A stretch of DNA of 64,000 nucleotides from Entomortierella parvispora E1425 (taxonomy: Eukaryota; Fungi; Mortierellomycota), in contig BQFW01000001.1 of assembly GCA_020891255.1 (NCBI GenBank), positions 1,488,001 to 1,552,000 of the forward strand, given 5' to 3'. The notes beneath the pieces were generated by a model. That model was not told the origin of the DNA and did not search any database. It worked only from the letters and a program-made list of their open reading frames with translations. Shown here in pieces: positions 36,707-49,196 of the stretch. Both the position numbers and the translations under genes were made by a program. Each line of letters begins with the position of its first letter. The first letter of the stretch is position 1.

Positions 36707-37138
36707 ATGGGATGATGCAGAGAGCAAGAGAGAAAGAAGTCATCTCAAAAATCCTATACACAACTATAGACGACAGGCGATAAAAGTAAATTAACGAACG
36801 TTGGATAGAGGTCATAACTTCAGACAATAGAAAAGGTGTTTCTTCTTCATCGACGTTGGGTCAGTGCTTTTGGAAAGAGAATATGAAAAAGTAATTTAAT
36901 ATTAATAATGTACACCATGAAAGCCGCGGGAGACTTTCAAATTTTACGAAAATGCTGGAGGGGGGAGGGGAGAGGATGACGATGCTATTTTCGGGGTGGG
37001 ATATATAACAAAAAGATGAGTTTTGGGGAAAGGAGGTCAAGGTAATAGAAAAAATAAAGAGGGTCGAAAGAAACCGAAGAGAAAGAAATGGGGAAGGTGC
37101 ATCCCCATGTGGCTGCCGACAAGGTGCGACAGTTTTCT

Positions 37139-39568
37139 TTAAGCAAACTGGACCTTGGCCACGACAGCATTCTCCTCTGCAGTCAACCCTTGCTGGCCGA
37201 CAAAGTCCTGGTCCAGCTCGGTCTTTGAGCCCTCAAGCTCTGAAGTCGCCTCGGCCAAGGCCTCGCCCTGCTTGTTTTCCTCCATGGCAGCGGTCTCCTC
37301 GACCTTGTCGCTGACGGTCTTGGCCGACATGGGCTTGGAGTGAGGCAAGAGCAACAAGGTAACGACCAAGCCCAAGAGTCCGAATGCCATGTCGCCAAAG
37401 AGCGCCTGCTTGTATCCGTGCATCATCTCGGCTCCAGACAGGTTGGGGTTGTCGCCGTTGATCTTTCCAGAAATGACGGTCAAAACGGCAAGACCAAAAG
37501 GAGCACCAATCTATATCCAAGAAAAAAAAATATATTAGAAACCGCTTATATCAAACGAACAACAAAAGGAGGGGGAAGAAAACAATCATTTACCTGAAGA
37601 CCAACGTTGTAAATGGCACCGACAACTCCTTGGTCATCATCAGCCGCATCACGCAAGGCCGTGATCTGGGCTGGCAACATGACCAAGCCCAATCCGAGAA
37701 CATTCATAATCAAGGCCAAGAAGGGCAAGACCCAGTACGTGCTCTGGTGGGTCACAAACGCAAACGTCAAGCATGACATCGACAACAAGAAGAAGCCGAG
37801 GGCGATACAGTATTTGAGAGGCATCCTTGGCAAGAACTTGCCCAGGACCGAATAAAACACGATGGCGGTCAATCCATGGACCAAGTACGACAGCGCAGTC
37901 CTCATGATCGAATAGCCCAACACCTCCTGGAAGATCAATGTCGAGTAGTACAGGAACCCCTGGAAACAGGCCTGCATGATGAAGATCAGGGCGAAACTGA
38001 CAGCAAAGGCACGGTGCTTCCAGATGTGGAAGGGCATGATGGGGTAAGAGATGCGACGCTCCAAGAAAAAGAAGGCCAGCAAGAGGGCCAGACCCACAAA
38101 GAGCACAGGCAGGGTCTTGACACTCGCCCAGCCAGTCTCGACGCCCGAGGAGATGTAATAGATGACACACACAATGCCTCCCGTGGCGGTGAAGGAGCCT
38201 CCAATATCGACCTTGGGACTGACGCCATGCAATCCAGGAGTGTTGGGGATGGCAAAAAAGCCGATGACAAACAGGATGCAGGACATGATGGCCGACAAGA
38301 AAAAGATCCACTGCCAACCAATCGTCGATGTCAAAGCTCCTGAAAGTAGCAGTCCGGTAACAGCGCCAATGGCTATGATTAAAAAAAGATAGGAGAGAGA
38401 GGTGAGAACGATGATCTGCATCATTAGCTCGTTGCGGTCTGTGCCTGATTTCTTACCTCCAATGGCACCAAAGACAGACAAGGCGCGGGTTCTAGCCTTT
38501 CCTACGGGGTAACGAATGGCAATGAGGGCCAAGGCGGTGGGGATCTGAGCTGCGGCTCCCATGCCTTGCAACGCTCTCGAGATACACAGCATCACGGGCG
38601 ACTTTGAGAATCCATTGATCATTGACCACAATCCGAACCAGAACAGACCCGACAAGAAAACACGACGATGTCCAAACAAATCACCCATGCGTCCAGCAAT
38701 CAACAAGAGTCCTCCAAACGACCTAAAAGGAAACCGATGACAAATGAAAAAAAAATAAAGAGTGGCGTGTTAGGTCAAAAAACGAATGGGTATGTTCAAT
38801 TGAAACTTTGTTTCCGTATCTGGCAAGGAACAAGGTGACACTGCATGGCCGGAAGGTAACTTACAAGGCATAGGAACTGATTAGCCATTGCTGTTGCTGA
38901 ACCTCAAAATTGAGGTCTATTTGCCACAAAGGAAACACAAAAGGAAAATGTCAGACGAGTTTTTTTTTTCTTTCTTTTGGATCTAATCCAAAGGACCAAG
39001 CTCTTGTGTCCCCCATGATCCACATTTTTTTTTGTCAAAGACGGGGAAGAGGAGCAGTGAGGGCTCTGGTAAGAGAGCTTCGTTACCTCTGGCAATGGGT
39101 AGCATGGCCACAGTCATACTGGCACCGTTGACTATTTGAGACAAGAGAGAGTAATTGTGAGCGGGATGATAATTTAAGAAAAGAACAAAAAGGGGGAAGG
39201 AGAAATGAAGACGATGATGAAGAGAGGACGGATACTCCCTCCATCAGTCTTCCTGTGTTTTGATGTGAAGTGAGGGTTAAGGTGGAGGGGAATAGGGGTT
39301 CAGGTCCCGTACCGATATCCAAAAACTGGGCCATGGAAACGACGTAAAGCATCAGAGGCTGACACTTTAGGCACATCTTTTCAAACTTGGTCAACGTAGA
39401 GGGATCACGGTCTTCCAGAGCCACATAGTCTGGAGGCAGTTGGGGCCCCTGATTCGCAACGGCAGGGACAGCATCAGTTACTATTTTTTGATCCGAAAGG
39501 TCGTTGATCGACACCATAGTGTCATTAATGGTTGAATGTTCAGACTCTGGCCTGTGTTGGTCGGCCAT
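37139..39568 (-). CDS. MFS drug:H+ antiporter, DHA2/ATR1-like (14 TMS), multi-exon
   Basis: QWLISSYAL, GRMGDLFGHRRVF motif A, RALQGMGAA, IGWQWIF, YNVGLQ. Confidence 0.9.
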
Positions 39569-40699
39569 GAGGGATGAGTGTGGAGCAAGCGGGGGGAGGG
39601 GGATTGAAGGGGAGAAGAGTGCAGATCGGGCGAAAAGAGAAAGAAGAAAGAGAAGAAGAAGGAGAAAAAAGGGGACTGGAGGGGTATAAAATAAAGTCCT
39701 ATCTGGTGCACTCGGAGAAAGAAAAAAAAAAAAAAAAAAAAAAAAAAGGAACGGTTCTCTGTAGGAAAATAAAGATGTTTAGCGTTTTGCAGCTTTGTTT
39801 GTATGAATGAACCCAAAGAAGGTTTCGATTGACCCGAGAAAGCAGCGTGTGAGAGAGCCAGAGAGCAAAAGCGGAGAGTGGAGATAGGGGCGGAATCAAC
39901 GCAAGGAGAAAATAATGGGCGCAGAGTGGGTCAGAGTGGAGAAGGGACAAAAGAAAAGAAAGGAAAGAGTAGATGATGGACAGTTCTTGGAGGGGCAGCT
40001 TGTATTGAGGTACGAAGGAATGGGAATGGACGATCTAATGGTGCAGAAGAAGAAGGGTTGCTCGGCCCTTTTTATAATATGTTGAATGTGGAGCTGACTT
40101 TGGTTTTGATATTTTTTTGTGACAAATGCCGAAGCGCAGGGGAACTGCCCAGCTGAGCGGAGACACAACCCTTTCCTTCTCCAGCGCCACACCTTCTGCG
40201 CCTCTAGTTTTTGTCGCACGGCCAGGCCGCTCCTTGAGTCCTCTTTCACTTCAATTCTCCGAGAACAATCGCTTCTACGATACCAACGTTTTACGCTTGG
40301 TTTACAACAGCTGTGCATCCGCGTGGCCAGCTCTGGCCACCAACCCTTTCCCTGACTACGACTGAGACTCGCACTGCGAAGGCAGCTATTGGCCATGTTG
40401 GGCATCGCTCATAAGCCACTTGACAAATCTCTGTTTTTTTTCTAACGCGCCTCAATTGAGAAAGTTGAAACCCCCCTTAGCCTGGTAATTCGATAGACGA
40501 CCGCCATCTTCTTTCACCCCTGGACTCATCGGCGCCACATGCATAGGGTTCTCGCCATATCCAAGGAAGTTGTTTAGGCTATATTAAGATAGTACCGCCT
40601 TTGCCTTTAAAAAAAAATGGATGTGACAAAACTAGAGTCAACAGTTGTCAATTGCGCAGTCCAGGGCAATGTCTTCAAACATTTCGGTCGTGAATCATC

Positions 40700-42000
40700 A
40701 GCCCCTTTCCTCCTAGCGGCAACTTTGTTCACCTTTCAAACAATCGCGTATTGCAGCATCTGCGTATCTTTGTCCATAGGAGGTTCCTTCTTTTTGTGCC
40801 TTATGAACTATTGCCTCCTGAGTTGTGGGGGACTACTCATGTAGCCTCAAGGAGCCATACATCAGCATACAGCCTCTTGCTGCTACAGCTACTGCAGTGA
40901 GTCTTTGTTCATTCCGTTCAAGATTGGAAGCTCTTGACAATCTAGGAGTATTCTTGGTGTGGGTTCAGACATTAGATTCGCATAGTCGTATTTCTGGCGA
41001 TCTGGCGATCTGGCGACCGCTGGGTGAATATGTCGGAAAAGCAATTGCATCCCAACGATCATCCAAAGTGGAGTCAGGATCGCCGATCTGACTACTCTTC
41101 TTTGGCAAGATCTCGCCCCAGCTTTTTTTGGCTGACAGTCGATGGGCGACTACTCAACGAGGTTATACCCTGATATGGCCAGTTAAAAGTGGAACAAAGT
41201 GCGCCAGAATGTGCATCCCATGGTTAGCACAGTCCTGTCTTTGCATCCTGAGGCCATCTAGAGGCTGATTAACGAAAACACTACAGAAGTAACCGCATCG
41301 GCATGTTCAATCAAGAAACACTCAAAAGCTTTAGTCTGCACATTCAATAATAGCATGTCATCTTCATTGCCGACTGGTGCGATCTGCTGGCGTTTGAGCG
41401 AGCACAACATAGAAGCCGCCGTACGGCAATGGCCGCCAATAGAGGTCGCCACTGTTTGAGGTGACCTGTTCCACAGTGAATCGTCGCCTATTTTTGGCTG
41501 GGTTAAAGCAGGAGTTAGGTCCCCCAGGTACTTCTCTTCACGGAAGACATCATGCTGGCAAGTATCTACTTTAATTCTGGGCCACTCCTCTATAAGCCAA
41601 GGTTGCATACTAACAAACTCGTGGTAGAGCTCAACGCGTGCGACTTCCGTGGTGCTTTGAAACAGCCCCTCTAGAAGGATTTATAAGGCCATGAGGGGCT
41701 CTTGATCCTTTCGAGTCGATTCATGTATTGATCAGGCTCGTTGCGTCTTACACTTTGTTAGAATCCGCATTGGCAATGTATTGTGCAAATTACTCCTTGA
41801 TCTGAACAAGCCTGAAGTGAACAATGACAGCTTTTGCGAAGAGTTCAGTAAAAAGGAGATAGGTATCAGCTCTGCAGGAGAGAATCATCTAGGCCCTCCT
41901 TTGTTGGATTAAATGCAGGTGCACAGGGCATTCACTTTGGTGAGCATCCTGGGCCCCATTGATCCCATCCAATGCTATACAACTGTCATCCCCAGACAGA
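40700..42000 (-). pseudogene. Heavily decayed NACHT-WD40 NLR-like relic
   Basis: Minus-strand fragments with stops and frameshifts: AVIVHFRLVQIKE*FAQYI and VARVELYHEFV (NACHT-associated region), then WD40-like QQIAPV...EHADAVTSVVFS and TYSPSGRQIA. Boundaries approximate. Confidence 0.6.
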
Positions 42001-42213
42001 GTACAGATTTGACATTTAAAAAGTAGCCCATAGACGTTAACCGAGAGAGAACAATGCGACAGGGTAGGAAGGACCCTTGATATGATGAAAATGTAAATGT
42101 ATTTTTCTATGTTATAACAAACAAATGCGACAACTCAACCTCTGCGAACTCTTTTCAACTCCAACGATGGCTCCAAATTGAAGAACTGAAAAGTATATAG
42201 CGCGCCCTCCAGT

Positions 42214-43689
42214 TTAAAGGTTAACAAACTTCTTCTTCTTCTGTCCAGTCTCGTCCAAGAGCTCGTCCACCTTGGGCTGCTTGCCGTAAACGGGCTCGGG
42301 CTGTTGGAGGACCTCCTTGTAGATCCTGCTCACATCCTTGTCCCACACCTGACGGAAGAAGGTCAATCCCTTGACATCAAGCTTATAATGTGAGCAAAGT
42401 GCGCTCAAAGTCACATCCCTTGAAAGCTGGCTCTTGTCCATCTCAATCTTGTCCTGTCCACCGTTGGGTTGCTCAGCAACTACAAGAGTGTAACGGTGGT
42501 ATGTCGTACCCTTGGGAGGGTGAGGGGGAAGGTAAGGAAGGATCTCATCCGAGCTATCCTTGCTGACCTTTGTTGATGTTGCTGAGAGGGGAACGTTGGA
42601 GCTATAACGAGGTGTATGGTTTATGTTAACATGGATCTCACGAATGGAAACCTCAAGCGAAAGATTTTCAAAGGTGCACTTACATCAACCAGTGCATTTG
42701 CTGCTTGAATGTCTGGTTCTCAACATCGGGAGTATCGGGGTCGATCAAAGCAATGGTGTAGTACTTCTGATCGGGGTGGAAGGTGGTGACATCAACCACG
42801 GGCTCCTGAATGGTGTCTTTGGGCAAAAGGAAAGATCCAGTCTCGAAAAAGTTGCTAGATGCTGGCGATCCCTTGGGCACGTTGGGTGAAGTTCCTGCTC
42901 CGAAATCCATATGGACGTTCAGTGAAGGTGTGAAGTGGGGAAGGAGATCGGGGGTGACGAACATCTGGGTAATACGCTGCTGGACAATGGGCAAAGTCTC
43001 TCTTTGGAACTGCTTGCTCTTCATGTAGCGGAAAACAGCCTTGGACATGTCGATTTGTCCATTCTTGAACTTCCACTGAACCTCGGGCTCGTTGATCTCG
43101 GCATAAGCCTCCTGCTTGAAGATCTTTTCCTTGAGTGCTGAAATCTCGGCATCCTTTGTTGCTGATGGTGCGGCTAAAATAGCAAATGATCAAAACCAGG
43201 GATTTTGACCCATGTCCTCAGAATGTTAATAATGTTCTCAGGTCGGCTCCCTCCTTGTTCAATAGAGCACTCCATTCAGATCAAAATTGCCCGCACCTTT
43301 CAAGAGCTCTGCCATCTTAGCCTCCATAGACTTGACATCAGCAAGGCGCTTGGCCTTGTCCTCTGCAATGATCTTCAGGGCCTCATCGTAGGTCCTGTTA
43401 ACGCCCAAAGCAGGGGCTTTATAGGTAGGCTCAGCAGCAGAGCGCGCAACAGTGTTGACGGAGAACGAGCGAGTCGTCTACAATTAAACAAGGACACAAT
43501 AGAGAGGTGAGTTTGAGTGGATTCCGGGTCTCGACCAGAGTGTTGTTTTGTTGTTCGGGATGTTGTTGCTGATCAGTCCTGATCTTTTCTCGAGACGACA
43601 TGGGCTGATCAGCATTTCAGAGAGAATCCTGGTCGTACCATAGACGAGCATCGCTTGCTCGCTCTAAGGACAAAGCGAGGGAGGGACAT
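42214..43689 (-). CDS. MRPL35: Mitochondrial large ribosomal subunit protein mL38 (PEBP domain)
   Basis: VFRYMKSKQF, IVQQRITQMFVTPDLLP, YYTIALIDPDTPD..HWL, PHPPKGTTYHRY, FFRQVWD. Confidence 0.9.
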
Positions 43690-44287
43690 TATGTGAGGGT
43701 GAGGAGGGGGTGAGGGAGCGAGGAGATGCGAACGAGGCGATGAATGGTGCCTCCGGTTGTTGATCTTTGTGTGTGTCTCCGGACTGGCTGGCTGGCACAA
43801 GTCGCAGGGCAAGGGAGCGCATCTGCAAATGACAGTCACTCTCAGGACGATTTCCAAGCCACCGTTTCTGTCCTGTACTTCCCAGCGGACTTTGCGCCCG
43901 TGTGGTGGACCTTCTCTTTCAAACCTTTGATTTCGGTGAGGCTCAATGCTGCTCGTGGGGGATTGAAAAACATCCATCGGTCCATCGATCGATCCATCCC
44001 CGTACTTGGCCATGGCGTTCTCCTTTCGTCTGCACTGGATTCATCATCGCGCTATGTACCAGAAGGACCGTCCATGGATTTTTTTTTTCTATCGACATCA
44101 TCGCCATCCAAAGGAATCTATTCATCTTTACGAGAGAACAGTCCATGGATTGCGATCAGAGTCCCTGAATGTTGACCAGGATCAGCGAAACACTCACCAC
44201 CGAATCCGAATCTGGAATCTCTTTTGGATCTGCAACTTACCATAAGGATTGTTTTGTTTCTCTGAAAACTATAGGCATTTATTCATC

Positions 44288-45342
44288 ATGTCCTCCGACT
44301 CGAAGAGTGTTCAGTGCTACGGCCGCAAGGCAAGTCTATATTCTGGAATTGGAAAACAATCTGCATGCAGGATATCAGGATACTACGGCTTCTGGAGGAC
44401 GACGCATCAGCATAGATTGAACCAGTCAGGCTGTTTGCATAACGATTCATGGAGAAACTCTGATCCACCGCACTAGATGCATTTCATCTTATGATCGTCA
44501 ACAGGTGGCCCGGACGAGGCAGCGTTTCTGGATTTGCTGCTATAACGGCGAACTTTTCGTCAAGGACAACACTCATCTCTAGTCGGCTCAGTATTTTGCA
44601 TTATTTAATGTTTTTGGCAGGACCAAAGGCATTTTTGATGGACGACCGCACACACTGTGGACATAGAGCGACTCTAGAAGCCAAGGATATCGGCTTTGCA
44701 AACTCAAACTCAGCATACCAACACACTGGAACGCCCTCACAGTATTGGGACAACGTTCGCATTCTCGGGAGGACACTCGCCATCATATTTTATTTGACCA
44801 AAGTTCAGGGGCCTAACCTTTTCCCTTCATCTAATTAGAAAACTGCCACCGCCGTTGCTCACTGCAAGGCCGGTAAGGGTCTCATCCGCTTGAACGGATC
44901 CCCCATTGAGCTCGTTGAGCCCGATGTCTTGAAGTTCAAGGTCTACGAGCCCATCCTCCGTGTCGGCTCTGACAAGTTTGCCAACGTTGACATCCGCATC
45001 CGCGTCAAGGGTGGTGGACACACTTCCCAGATCTACGCTATCCGTCAGGCTCTTGCCAAGTCCATCGTCGCCTACTACCAGAAGTACGTCGATGAGGCCT
45101 CCAAGAACGAGCTCAAGCAGATCTTCCTTCAGTACGACCGTACCCTCCTCGTCGCTGATCCCCGTCGCTGCGAGCCCAAGAAGTTCGGTGGTGCTGGTGC
45201 CCGTGCCAGGTACAGTGTCTTTTCTGATTTCATATATGTGATTTTTTTTTCTTCTCGTTTTTCAAAACGTGTACTGACAATTTCGTCTTTGTTCCTTCTT
45301 CCATTCTTTCAATCTTACAGATACCAGAAGTCTTACCGTTAA
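44288..45342 (+). CDS. RPS16: 40S ribosomal protein S16 (uS9), 3 exons, first intron GC-AG
   Basis: VQCYGRK|[43 protein letters not shown]; intron 44330-44838 begins GCAAGT. Confidence 0.97.
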
Positions 45343-45550
45343 ATGTCGAGGGACTGGTGGGATGGACAATCATTCTGTTGGATCTTGTTCAATCTGGAGT
45401 TTCGTTGGACGTTTGTTCCAACTCTTTATTAGGCAGCCAGCTGGATTGTTCCTACACGAATAAATTCACAAACCGTACTTTGAATTCGTTTCTGAGAAAA
45501 AAAAATAAGGAACTTTTGCAATGTTAAAGGAAGGGCTTATCGTTTTCAAA

Positions 45551-46563
45551 TCATTCTTTTTTATATGAGTCAGGGGTGGCATTTGCTTCTTCACCAGGGC
45601 CTAATTGAGCAGGAGGGGGAGGGGGAGGACGTTCCGCCCACACGCCATCAATTCCCACGTCTTCCTCGTCGATCGCTACAGGGCGTTTCTTCAGTCTCTG
45701 TAGAATCGAGGAGGCTTGACTCCTATAGCTCCCCACGTTTGTTTTCATGTGTACGGCCTTTTCTTGATCTACCGCATGAGCCGTGGCAAGACTTGGGCCC
45801 AGTTCTGTCAGTGGCGCGTAGATCCTCATAAACTCGTTGTAGTATTGTGTGGCGACAGCCTGGCGGAATTGAGGTTTGCTATGCGCCATGATCTCGATCT
45901 TTAAAACTGGCGGGCCTGTAGGACCACCTTTTGTTACTGGTGCCTAAAGGAAGTAAATGAATGACAGAATATAAATGGTGTCAATGCAATCATCAAAAGT
46001 TGACTTGTCCGAGCCTCCGTTTCTTTTACCTTCTTTGCAGGGGTTTTTGAGACAACGACGTCAGGTCGTTTCAGTAGAACAGCAGGCGTGGACGATGTGG
46101 ACAGTAAAGGAGCTTTGACGGGCTCAATGGTATCATAGGTCTGGCGGCGTCGTTTCGCGGCCTCCATGGCCGCTACTTGAGACTGGCGCACTGGAGGACT
46201 TGGCTCCCTGCCCGCTGGTCTCTTGCCAACAGTCGTTAATGATGATGATGATGACGATGATGGCGACGGCGAGTGTGCTGCTGATACTGAAGAGGAAGAT
46301 CCGACTTTTGCTGCCGAGGTTGGTCTGCCGCGTTGAACAGGTGCTTTTAGATTTGAAGACGAGCTTTGCTTCTCCCGAGGACCGTCCTCGTTACTGGAGG
46401 TTGACCTCTGGGGTTTTGAGCGGGCAGTTGACGAAAAAGACGAGGATGTAGAATCTCCGGTGGCGACGATGGGTTGGTGAGAGTAGATGCAGTATGAATC
46501 GCGGTGACATTGGGGCTGGAAGGGGCACGGAAGTGCTGAGAACAGACCCGATGATGCAAACAT
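45551..46563 (-). CDS. REX3/REXO1-like N-terminal homolog lacking the DEDDh exonuclease domain, 2 exons
   Basis: MFASSGLFSALPCPFQPQCHRDSYCIYSH zinc-finger start typical of fungal Rex3; FRQAVATQYYNEFMRIY...AVDQEKAV...SYRSQASSILQRLKKRP; stop at 45551 only ~200 bp from the RPS16 stop. Confidence 0.65.
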
Positions 46564-46803
46564 GTGTGATGATCTTGCAAGAGGGGAAAAGGAGGATGGA
46601 AGTGATGCAGCGACATGTTGCCTAAAGAGCCTTTATTTCCCTGCAAGGCAGGAAATAGCGACTGCGCCCATGCCCTTTTTTTTTCTTTTTTTTTTTTGCC
46701 ACCACTCGCACCCTTTTTCTCCTCTTCTTGCTCTCCCTTTCTCTTCATCACTCGTCTCTTTCCTTCCTATTTCATCACTCGCAACACTTCCTTTCACAAC
46801 ACC

Positions 46804-48700
46804 ATAGCCAGCAACCAGTTAAACCTTTGCTGCCTTGTCGACGGCACATCTGCCCCGTTCCCAGTCAACATCGAGTCAGCCAAGACAGTTAGCGACCTCA
46901 AAGACGCAGCAAAAACTGCTCTCTACTCTCTCTGTGGAGTTTGACGATGTTCTTGCAAAGGATCTCATCCTCTGGTCTGTTTCGGTTCCAAAGCGTGATG
47001 ATAACAACCACGACAACGAGCTACGTGTCGTCTCTATCAACAATATACCAGGGACGACAGGAAAAGGCTCAGGGCAGCCCGCGAGCTCCATACTGTGTTT
47101 GGTGATGAAGCTGCCAAAAACAAGATCCACATCATCGTCCAGCGACCGCCGTCTTGTAATTTCGCATCCGTTCATTCGCTGTTGCTGCGGTGGTGTTTGT
47201 CAACAGCACTAACGTATTCCCTACGCTTCCGCGCGAATCCCACTACTAGGTACCTCTGTCTACGATCCTATGCCACAGATACCCCATTTTGATGATAAGT
47301 ATCCTAGTAAGTTCAGCCCTATGCTCTAGCTTGATTTCGTATGATGGCCGCTATTCAGGGCATGCAGCCATCGCCTTTGCATCTATTTTTTTTAATGAGT
47401 TTTCTCAAATTTAGTTAGCAACATCATCAAGGACATTGTACTCAATGTCCGAGCATCACCTACTACGATCCTTGACGACGTGATGCCTCTGAAGGACCGA
47501 GATTTAATGTTTGCCGTCCATTTGATTACAGCGAATGTGCAGTTTCGCCATGAAGAAGATAGCTCCAAGCCAGACTATCATTTTATCGTCAGTGGTGGAG
47601 CCCATGGCATAGGTATGATGGTGATCGGTTTTTTCAAGGCGATTCGTTATCAGAGTATTGACTTACCTCAAGCCATGTATTATAGGGAAAACCCGATTTG
47701 GCAAAGAGTTATTCCATCACCTGGAAGATAATTGAGTGCCTCGAGCATGGGCGGAGCGCGACCTACATTTCGAATATCTCAAAATGGACTTTGGAAAGGA
47801 GATCAGACTCGATAAAGCAGACACTGCGATTGACAATCCAAGTATCATCTTTGGCCTTCGGATCGCTTATTGCCTTTTTCATCGAGGGAAAATATGAAAT
47901 GTCGTTTGATTGTTTTCGGACTCTGATCAGGGACAGGGGCCATATCCCAATGTTTAGAATAGACAGTGTTATCGACAACATTTTCGAAGCAGGTCAAGTA
48001 TCTCAGCAATTGGCAGCTTTTTCTATTTTTACACGTTGATGAGTTTCAGCTCATTGAACAGTGGGATAGAGACAATGCGAAAAAGCCATACGATCGAGTC
48101 CTCAGGAGCACAGCCCGGAGGCGTCATATATGCAACCTCCAAATTCCTCTATCTTTATTCAGACACTTCTCTCAGGTACAACAGCGCCACAGGCTATCCG
48201 CGATGCACGCGAGCCATCGTTAAGCTCCTTGGTTTTGTCAAAATGCCAATGCTGTCGTCCAGATCAATACCCGAAATTGCAGGACATTACGCCAAGAAAT
48301 ACAACGCGGAGAAATGCAACAGCGGCGCTCACAGTTGGAATATCTCCCGTCCTTTCCTTGAGCTTTCGATGATCAACTTGTCTTTCCGATGGATAAGTTA
48401 CAAGAATACTTTGGCCCCGTTTTTGCTTCGCGTGCGAGCTTTGTTTTGAGTCAGATCGACCTCAATGTCTCGGAGCAATCCGGGATAAAGGGATGTATCT
48501 CTGGGATTTACGATGAGGCTGCCACTCTAGCTGAATAGAAAAGGTCGTTCACGTTTTTCGAGGACTTCTACAAGCATGTTCCACCGGCCAAGAGTGCCAT
48601 CCAGACGTATGAAGACAATTCCCCTGCGAAGAAAATCAGGTTGAACTTCTACCCATCCAAGTAAGGACCTGGAGAAGAGAATTGGAAGGATAATTCTGCT
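46804..48700 (+). pseudogene. Crinkler (CRN)-like gene relic with AAA+/STAND-type ATPase remnants
   Basis: Start codon appears mutated to ATA (46804); QLNLCCLVDGTSAPFPVNIESAKTVSDLKDA / FDDVLAKDLILWSVSVP / KIHIIVQRP in three frames; downstream degenerate Walker A (IVSGGAHGIG) and Walker B (LFLHVDEFQ) with several stops. Confidence 0.85.
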
Positions 48701-49196
48701 ATCCGAAGAGGCTACGTGTTATCCATGACAACCAGTACTTGAAAAACAAAACAAAAAAAATGAAAGGGCGTCAGTTCTCTGCTGGACCTCTGTTCAACTC
48801 CCAAGTTTGGAGTCGTGTAGTCAGAAAGTCGAGCTGCCACGTAGTGAGGTAATAAAAAATGAAAAGCAGATAGCCATTGAGCACAGCAACACCGTGCCAT
48901 CGTACCTTTGATCAGAAGCCCAACTACCCCAGAATCACAACGCGCTTTGGTGGCAACACGTGACCATGCTGGGCAGTCCTCGCACTGCAGTCTGCAGGCA
49001 CGGGGACAGCCGTTGACAGCGTGAGAGCGACCAGAACGCGCCCACGGTGCTGTGAGACGTCGACCAAAGGGGTGTGTGTGGGCACGGACAGCACACGGCG
49101 CATTCGCCTCTTTCCTTTGCTTCCGTCCTTCCCCATTACTCCCCCTCTCCCTCTCATTCTTCCGAATTCATTCCTCCGTTCCGGCCTGGCCTCGAA

